From the NCBI GenBank assembly GCA_947493255.1, contig CANLQK010000005.1, positions 277,078-341,077 of the forward strand: a DNA stretch of 64,000 nucleotides, in the 5' to 3' direction. Under the pieces are notes generated by a model. The model did no database searches and was not told where the DNA came from. It was given only the letters and a program-made list of their open reading frames with translations. Below, in pieces: positions 59,052 to 64,000 of the stretch. Position numbers and translations under genes: made by a program. The stretch's first letter is position 1; each line of letters starts with the position of its first letter. Source of the DNA: an uncultured Rhodobacteraceae bacterium (lineage in GTDB: Bacteria > Pseudomonadota > Alphaproteobacteria > Rhodobacterales > Rhodobacteraceae).

Positions 59052-59724
59052 TATGGGAACCTTTCAAAAGATCTCCAGCAATAGGGATGCTGTCTGGTCG
59101 CCCAACATCACACCATGCGCCCCCATATGCGACTCCAAACAGAGTCCCGTCTTCCAGCATTGGCGTCCAAAGATCCCACATTGAAAACGATGTCTTGTCG
59201 ATCGATGCAAGCAAATCGGTTCGGATAATTTGCACGCCTGAATAAACATAGTCATGTCCGCGCGTGATTTGGCCGTCAGCGCCAATGTCGAAATCACCTT
59301 TGCCTGTATGACCCACAGCGTTTTTGCGTGGTATCATCAATAAAAGACCATTCATTTCGGGTCGCCAACTTTCCTCAAGTCGCTTCAACGGGTTCGGCCC
59401 ATTCCAAACGGCATCGGTGTTCATGGTATAGACCGGACCGTCGCCCAAAATCGGCAACGCGTGTTTAAGGCCGCCACCTGTTTCCAGCAACTCACCACGC
59501 TCATCTGAAATTGAAATGTCTGTCCCGGCTAAATGGCTTTCGATTTGGTCGGCAAAATAGTGGGCGTTCACAACAACTTTTAATCCACCACAATGAGCAA
59601 TAGCGTGATCCAATAGCGCACGCCCGGCAACTTCGACCAATGGTTTCGGCCGAGAATTCGTTAACGGTGCCATCCGGGTACCAAGACCTGCGGCAAACAA
59701 GAGGACAGAAGTCGGTGTCGTCAT
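59044..59724 (-). CDS. Nucleotidyltransferase, MurU-like
   Basis: AAGLGTRMAPLT..RPKPLV, LETGGG, WCDVG; follows the AmgK-like kinase. Confidence 0.85.
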   Translation of the reverse strand: MTTPTSVLLFAAGLGTRMAPLTNSRPKPLVEVAGRALLDHAIAHCGGLKVVVNAHYFADQIESHLAGTDISISDERGELLETGGGLKHALPILGDGPVYTMNTDAVWNGPNPLKRLEESWRPEMNGLLLMIPRKNAVGHTGKGDFDIGADGQITRGHDYVYSGVQIIRTDLLASIDKTSFSMWDLWTPMLEDGTLFGVAYGGAWCDVGRPDSIPIAGDLLKGSHSV

Positions 59725-60677
59725 TAATTCAGATCCTCAAGAAAGGCCCGAGTTACCAAAGCGCTAAGTGAACTCAGCGATGGAGATGTAAGGTCGGCTC
59801 TAAGGTGGTTCTTAACGCGGGGAACAAAATCCAGATAACGCGTCTTTCCATCCCGTTGGGAAAGTCTTTGGAAAATGCCTAGAATACGCATGTTTCTCTG
59901 TATTGCCATGATGTGAAAGGCAGTACGTTGTAAGTCTTGGTCTGCATCAGGATTAAGCCTAAGCAGCAATTCATCGAGCATGTTTGCAGACACGTCTCGG
60001 CGTGCATCCCGCAAAAGCGACGCCAAATCATAGGTCGGGTGGGTGACGAATGCGTCCTGAAAATCTAGTAAACCAACGCAATCTGTTCCGGGGTGACCGG
60101 CTCTCCAGATTAGGTTTTCCGCATGATAGTCGCGCAACGATAACGCCGATGGGGTTGGGTCAACTTGCTTCAGCAGTTGATACATTTCACCCTCAATTTC
60201 TGCCCGTAAGTCATTGCTGCAGTCTATGGTTGCCCAATCAAACGCCAACTCCAACATTTCAACCCCAACATCGGGAGTCATTACCGGTAACCCGGCAGGT
60301 GCAGGCGAACTCTGTAACGTTCGCAGGACATCCACAGCATGTCGGTAAAGCAGGGGTTCATCAGAAGGGTTTAGTTTTAGGTGCTGGGCGAAATCGACGT
60401 CTCCAAGGTCGCTCAGTACCATCAAGCCCAAACTGTCCGACCATTCCAAAACTTCGGGGGCAGCAAGCCCCAAGCTGCAAAGGTGCTTTGCGATAGTCAC
60501 AAACGCCCTTTGTGACCCGCAGGTTTCTACCGGCGCGTCCATGAGAATTACGGATTGGCCCGTCCCATCAATCAGACGTTCATATCGTCGCGAAGATGCG
60601 TCGCCAGTAATGGCGTGGCGATTCCAGTTTTCCCATTCGGTTTGAGATAGCCATTCGGCCAAAGCCGTCTCACGCAT
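59724..60677 (-). CDS. Aminoglycoside phosphotransferase-family kinase, AmgK-like
   Basis: GDASSRRYER, ILMDAP, RDYHAENL, LDFQDA. Confidence 0.85.
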   Translation of the reverse strand: MRETALAEWLSQTEWENWNRHAITGDASSRRYERLIDGTGQSVILMDAPVETCGSQRAFVTIAKHLCSLGLAAPEVLEWSDSLGLMVLSDLGDVDFAQHLKLNPSDEPLLYRHAVDVLRTLQSSPAPAGLPVMTPDVGVEMLELAFDWATIDCSNDLRAEIEGEMYQLLKQVDPTPSALSLRDYHAENLIWRAGHPGTDCVGLLDFQDAFVTHPTYDLASLLRDARRDVSANMLDELLLRLNPDADQDLQRTAFHIMAIQRNMRILGIFQRLSQRDGKTRYLDFVPRVKNHLRADLTSPSLSSLSALVTRAFLEDLN

Positions 60678-61140
60678 CAGTCATCAACTCCGCTACGCGG
60701 TCGCGCCAAAGCGAACCAAAAGTGATGCTCGCAAGGTGGTGTTCGTCGTGAACCGTTAGCTCAATATTCATCGCAGTGCTTGGTGTTATCTCGTCCAAAA
60801 TTTCCGGCCATTCAATAAGACAGATGTGCTCATCGAAAGCATCAGTTAACCCCAACTCGACGGCTTCTTGCGTATCTGAAAGACGGTATAGGTCTGCGTG
60901 CCATATTTCGACGTCGCTGTCGTCGTACGTTTGGACTAACGTAAAAGTAGGGGATGGTACTTCGGTATCTGGCCCCAATCGGGCCCGAATAAACGCTCGG
61001 GCAAGGGCAGACTTACCAGCCCCGATTTGGCCCCGTAATAAAAAACAATCCCCAGCTTGCGCAAAACGAGCCAACACGCGACCTAAGTGGTCGGTATCTT
61101 CGGCATTTTGCAGGACCAGAGAGATCGTTGTGGATGTCAT
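60670..61140 (-). CDS. tsaE: t6A biosynthesis ATPase TsaE
   Basis: GQIGAGKS, SPTFTL, HADLYRL, LIEWP. Confidence 0.95.
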   Translation of the reverse strand: MTSTTISLVLQNAEDTDHLGRVLARFAQAGDCFLLRGQIGAGKSALARAFIRARLGPDTEVPSPTFTLVQTYDDSDVEIWHADLYRLSDTQEAVELGLTDAFDEHICLIEWPEILDEITPSTAMNIELTVHDEHHLASITFGSLWRDRVAELMTDA

Positions 61141-61180
61141 GCCCTATCATCAAGTGGTGTGACGGAACCCGCAAGGGCAT

Positions 61181-62782
61181 TTAGGCTGTTGCGGACAGGC
61201 TTTTCGGCTCATCACTACCCTGAGTTTGGGCGGGTACATTCGAGACAGAGCTATTTGCGGTGAAAATGAACTGGTGGTTCCCGTCAGGCAACGGGGCATA
61301 ACGACAGGCTACTTTGGTGTTGCCTTCTGGCCAAATCAAACCCTGCCAAGCCCGATTCAATTCACCCTTTGCAACCATATTCTCAAGCGTTTCCCACTCA
61401 GAACCTGAAGAGGAGAACTTTTGCCAACGTCGAATTTCTCCCGGAAGATCCGGACCGACCAAGGCCTCTTCACAGTATCCGCCCCAGAGCGATCGGTAAG
61501 CGGAATTGGAGAGGATAAGGGAACCGTCAGACGAGAATACAGCGACTGCGTCTAACAAATTGTCGAGGGCAGCAGCGCTCGTTTCAATCTGAGAACGAAA
61601 TTTTCTAGACAGTGAAATTTCGTCGCTGATGTCTTCGAATAGAAATGCTATCGCGCCATCCGGGTGCGGTTTTCCTGTTACTCGAAAGGTTTGGCCATTC
61701 GGAAGAAGCCAAGCCTGATGGTAATTTCCTTCCTCGGCAGCGGCTTCTAGCTCTGACATGCTTTCGCGCCAGTTGTTGTAATTCTTCGGTTCTGGGATCA
61801 TCTGCGCATCTCGTAATCGGTCCAGAAAAGAGAACAATGTGGGTCTTCCTACCAGAAACTCAGGCGAAAGCGTTGTTAGGTCAACGATCGCGGGGTTGAA
61901 CATGACCAAGCGACGATCGCTATCAAAAATCGCAAGCCCTACGGAAAGCTGGGCGAAAGTTTTGGTTAATGTTTGGACAAAGTTTCGCTGTGCTTCTCTT
62001 GCGGTTACTACAGCGCTCGCGTCGATCGCAAAGTGAATTGTGTTGTGCCCACGTTTTAGACTGGTGACCTCAAACCAAATTGGGTCAGCCTGTGTTTCTA
62101 GGTCGATGCGGTGCATATCAATGATTGGTACAACGCCAGCAGGGCTTTCGATGTCGCCGAAAATATCACTAGGTGGCCAAGGGCGAATGCCTCCATCTTC
62201 GATGGGAAAAATCTGTTCGGAAAGTTCAATATAGGCCCGATTGGCCCAAGTCAGGACGCCTTCGGCATCTCGCTTCCAGATCAACTGAGGTGAATCTTCA
62301 CCTATACTTCTTAGCGTTTGAAGCTCGTGTTCCATTGCTGCAGCTGTCAATGGATCTAGAGTTTCTACAGGATCGTCTCGATCCTGAATAAGTGTAAGGC
62401 GTGAAAGCCCTGACCAGTACTCGGCCTGCATCCATCCAGGCTGACCGTCTTCAGGGCTTATTGATTTTGTACCGATAACGGCAAGATCAGAAAGCTGCGA
62501 TCGAAGATGTGGAAACCGCCCTGAAACCAGCGTTAGGAAATTCTCCCAGTCAGAGCTTTGTTTTGTTCCATTACTCGTCAGCAGTTCACGGGCACGAGGT
62601 GTTGCGTCTAGAAGCGTGTCATCCTCAAAGAGAAACGAAATTGTGCCCTCTGCCTCTTGCATTAAGGTCCGCGCCGTTGCGGCGGTCTTGCCATTGGCCT
62701 TGATCCAAATCGTCAGCAAAAGAACAGCTGCTAAAAACGCTAAGGCTAAAGTGGTCGATACACTTAGAACATCAAGTTGCAT
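61181..62782 (-). CDS. Membrane-anchored multi-PAS protein, DivL-like but without a kinase domain
   Basis: N-terminal TM helix, several PAS-like repeats (WKRDAEGVLTWANRAY; GLAIFDSDRRLVMFN; AVFSSDGSLILSN); no H-box or HATPase motifs seen. Confidence 0.8.
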   Translation of the reverse strand: MQLDVLSVSTTLALAFLAAVLLLTIWIKANGKTAATARTLMQEAEGTISFLFEDDTLLDATPRARELLTSNGTKQSSDWENFLTLVSGRFPHLRSQLSDLAVIGTKSISPEDGQPGWMQAEYWSGLSRLTLIQDRDDPVETLDPLTAAAMEHELQTLRSIGEDSPQLIWKRDAEGVLTWANRAYIELSEQIFPIEDGGIRPWPPSDIFGDIESPAGVVPIIDMHRIDLETQADPIWFEVTSLKRGHNTIHFAIDASAVVTAREAQRNFVQTLTKTFAQLSVGLAIFDSDRRLVMFNPAIVDLTTLSPEFLVGRPTLFSFLDRLRDAQMIPEPKNYNNWRESMSELEAAAEEGNYHQAWLLPNGQTFRVTGKPHPDGAIAFLFEDISDEISLSRKFRSQIETSAAALDNLLDAVAVFSSDGSLILSNSAYRSLWGGYCEEALVGPDLPGEIRRWQKFSSSGSEWETLENMVAKGELNRAWQGLIWPEGNTKVACRYAPLPDGNHQFIFTANSSVSNVPAQTQGSDEPKSLSATA

Positions 62783-62825
62783 TCATAAACCTCCGACTCA
62801 GGAGATCTAAATGTTGTTCAATTTG

Positions 62826-62841
62826 GTTAACCGGCGGTTAA
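62826..62841 (-). promoter_or_regulatory. CtrA-binding site
   Basis: Minus strand TTAA-CCGCCGG-TTAAC, an exact TTAA-N7-TTAAC consensus 44 bp upstream of the PAS gene start. Confidence 0.8.
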
Positions 62842-62844
62842 GCC

Positions 62845-64000
62845 TTAGTTGATTGGTGTGTTTTGCCCAAGTGCGCCACGTGACGTTTCGGTATCTGCTT
62901 CGATCATATTTCGGGGCCATTCAACACTAACAATCGCGCCTCGTTGGATACCAAAGATTTCTGTCGAACCGCCATTTGCGAACTGAAGCGTTGCGTTCGA
63001 ACGTTCCAGCAAAGTTTTGGCAATGAACAACCCCAACCCCATTCCCTCATAACCTGGTCTAGGCGTTCGGTCTTCGGTTGTTTTTCTACGCCCGACAAAT
63101 GGTTCACCAATCCGATTAAGTACCGACTGGGGGTAGCCCGGGCCATCGTCGCTAATCCGAAGGCTGATTGTTGAAGCGGTCCAGCTGATCTCTACGTCCA
63201 CAACAGTATCCGTGAAATCTACGGCATTCTGAATCAGGTTGCGCACTCCATGGATTATCTCCGGACGTCGGAAAATGTCTGGTTGCCGTTCGTTGGGATC
63301 GTTGGTTGGCAGTAAATGGATATCGACGATCTTACCGCGATCCATATGCGGTTCGCTGGCTTCCCGAATGACTGTTTCCAGCGGGGCTTGTCGCAATAGG
63401 TGGTCTTCCTTTCCGGCACGACCCATCGATTGCAAGATGTCACGGCATCGATTGGCCTGATCGCGGATAAGCTTTGCATCGTCGCAGAGCTCTGTGTTGT
63501 CGCCTAGTTCATCGATCAATTCGCTACTGACAAGTTTGATGGTCGCAAGCGGCGTCCCTAGCTCATGGGCCGCAGCAGCAACAACGCCACCCAAGTCAGT
63601 TAACTTTTGTTCCCGCGCAAGGGCCATTTGAGTGGCGACCAACGCTTCACCCATCGACATGGTTTCTTGGGTAACTTGTCGGGCATAGATGCTCACAAAT
63701 ACGACACCAATGATTAGAGAAAGCCAAAACCCGAAAACAAACAGATCAGGCAATATCAAAGGGACACCGGCGGAGGTCAAAATCGCGATGCTTTCAAACC
63801 GCAAGACAGTCACGATCGCTAACGCAGTTAAGCCAAGAATCAACATGCTACGCAGGGGAAGAATTGTCGCGGCTACAGCGATTGGTGCCAAAATGAGCAA
63901 CGCAAAAGGGTTGTTCAAACCACCAGTAAGAAACAGCAATAGCCCCAACTGGACGAGGTCAAACCCGATCAGAATATCTGCTTCCCGCTCTGTCAATCTG
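62845..64000 (-). CDS. regB: Redox sensor histidine kinase RegB/PrrB/ActS (5' end outside the window)
   Basis: GGLNNPF quinone-binding motif, AAAAHELGTPLATI H-box, redox Cys in DQANRCRDIL, GMGLGL G2 box. Confidence 0.93.
   Translation of the reverse strand, partial: RLTEREADILIGFDLVQLGLLLFLTGGLNNPFALLILAPIAVAATILPLRSMLILGLTALAIVTVLRFESIAILTSAGVPLILPDLFVFGFWLSLIIGVVFVSIYARQVTQETMSMGEALVATQMALAREQKLTDLGGVVAAAAHELGTPLATIKLVSSELIDELGDNTELCDDAKLIRDQANRCRDILQSMGRAGKEDHLLRQAPLETVIREASEPHMDRGKIVDIHLLPTNDPNERQPDIFRRPEIIHGVRNLIQNAVDFTDTVVDVEISWTASTISLRISDDGPGYPQSVLNRIGEPFVGRRKTTEDRTPRPGYEGMGLGLFIAKTLLERSNATLQFANGGSTEIFGIQRGAIVSVEWPRNMIEADTETSRGALGQNTPIN

Noticed and set aside
1-64000. tRNA, rRNA, CRISPR, prophage, IS or defence genes
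   Set aside because: None recognised by eye: no cloverleaf or T-loop motifs, spaced direct repeats, integrase or transposase. tRNAscan-SE and Infernal were not run, so small ncRNAs cannot be excluded.

Overview
Core chromosomal window of a Roseobacter-group alphaproteobacterium (Rhodobacteraceae; inferred from gene order and protein motifs). It spans the replication origin: parB-parA-rsmG-mnmG-mnmE-rho on the - strand, an AT-rich oriC at about 41.44-41.90 kb (DnaA boxes, DnaA-trios, IHF consensus), then maf-aroE-coaE-dnaQ on the + strand. Left arm: a putative iron-controlled hemP locus missed by the ORF track, a peptide-type ABC importer with pip, ubiG, grxC-nitrilase-marR, comF, hemH, a tandem ABC exporter pair, cca, hslO, argG, malic enzyme, mutS, hrcA-grpE and rph-rdgB-hemW. 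Right arm: secB, fxsA, tim44-mltA-smr, hslV-(membrane protein)-hslU, trxA, addAB, murU/amgK-like genes, tsaE, a kinase-less DivL-like PAS protein with a perfect CtrA box upstream, and a partial regB. By eye I found no rRNA, tRNA, CRISPR array, prophage or IS element. I cannot claim a clearly new system, because almost everything is conserved housekeeping. The best leads are (1) an unannotated 50-aa ORF coupled to hemP behind an Iron-Rhodo box, (2) a multi-TM membrane protein wedged into the hslVU operon, (3) the CtrA-boxed kinase-less PAS protein, (4) a signal-peptide/poly-Ser/C-terminal-TM small protein, and (5) the fine structure of oriC and two parS sites lying in coding sequence. All motif calls were read by hand and no database searches were run. 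Where stated, start codons were refined relative to the ORF track.
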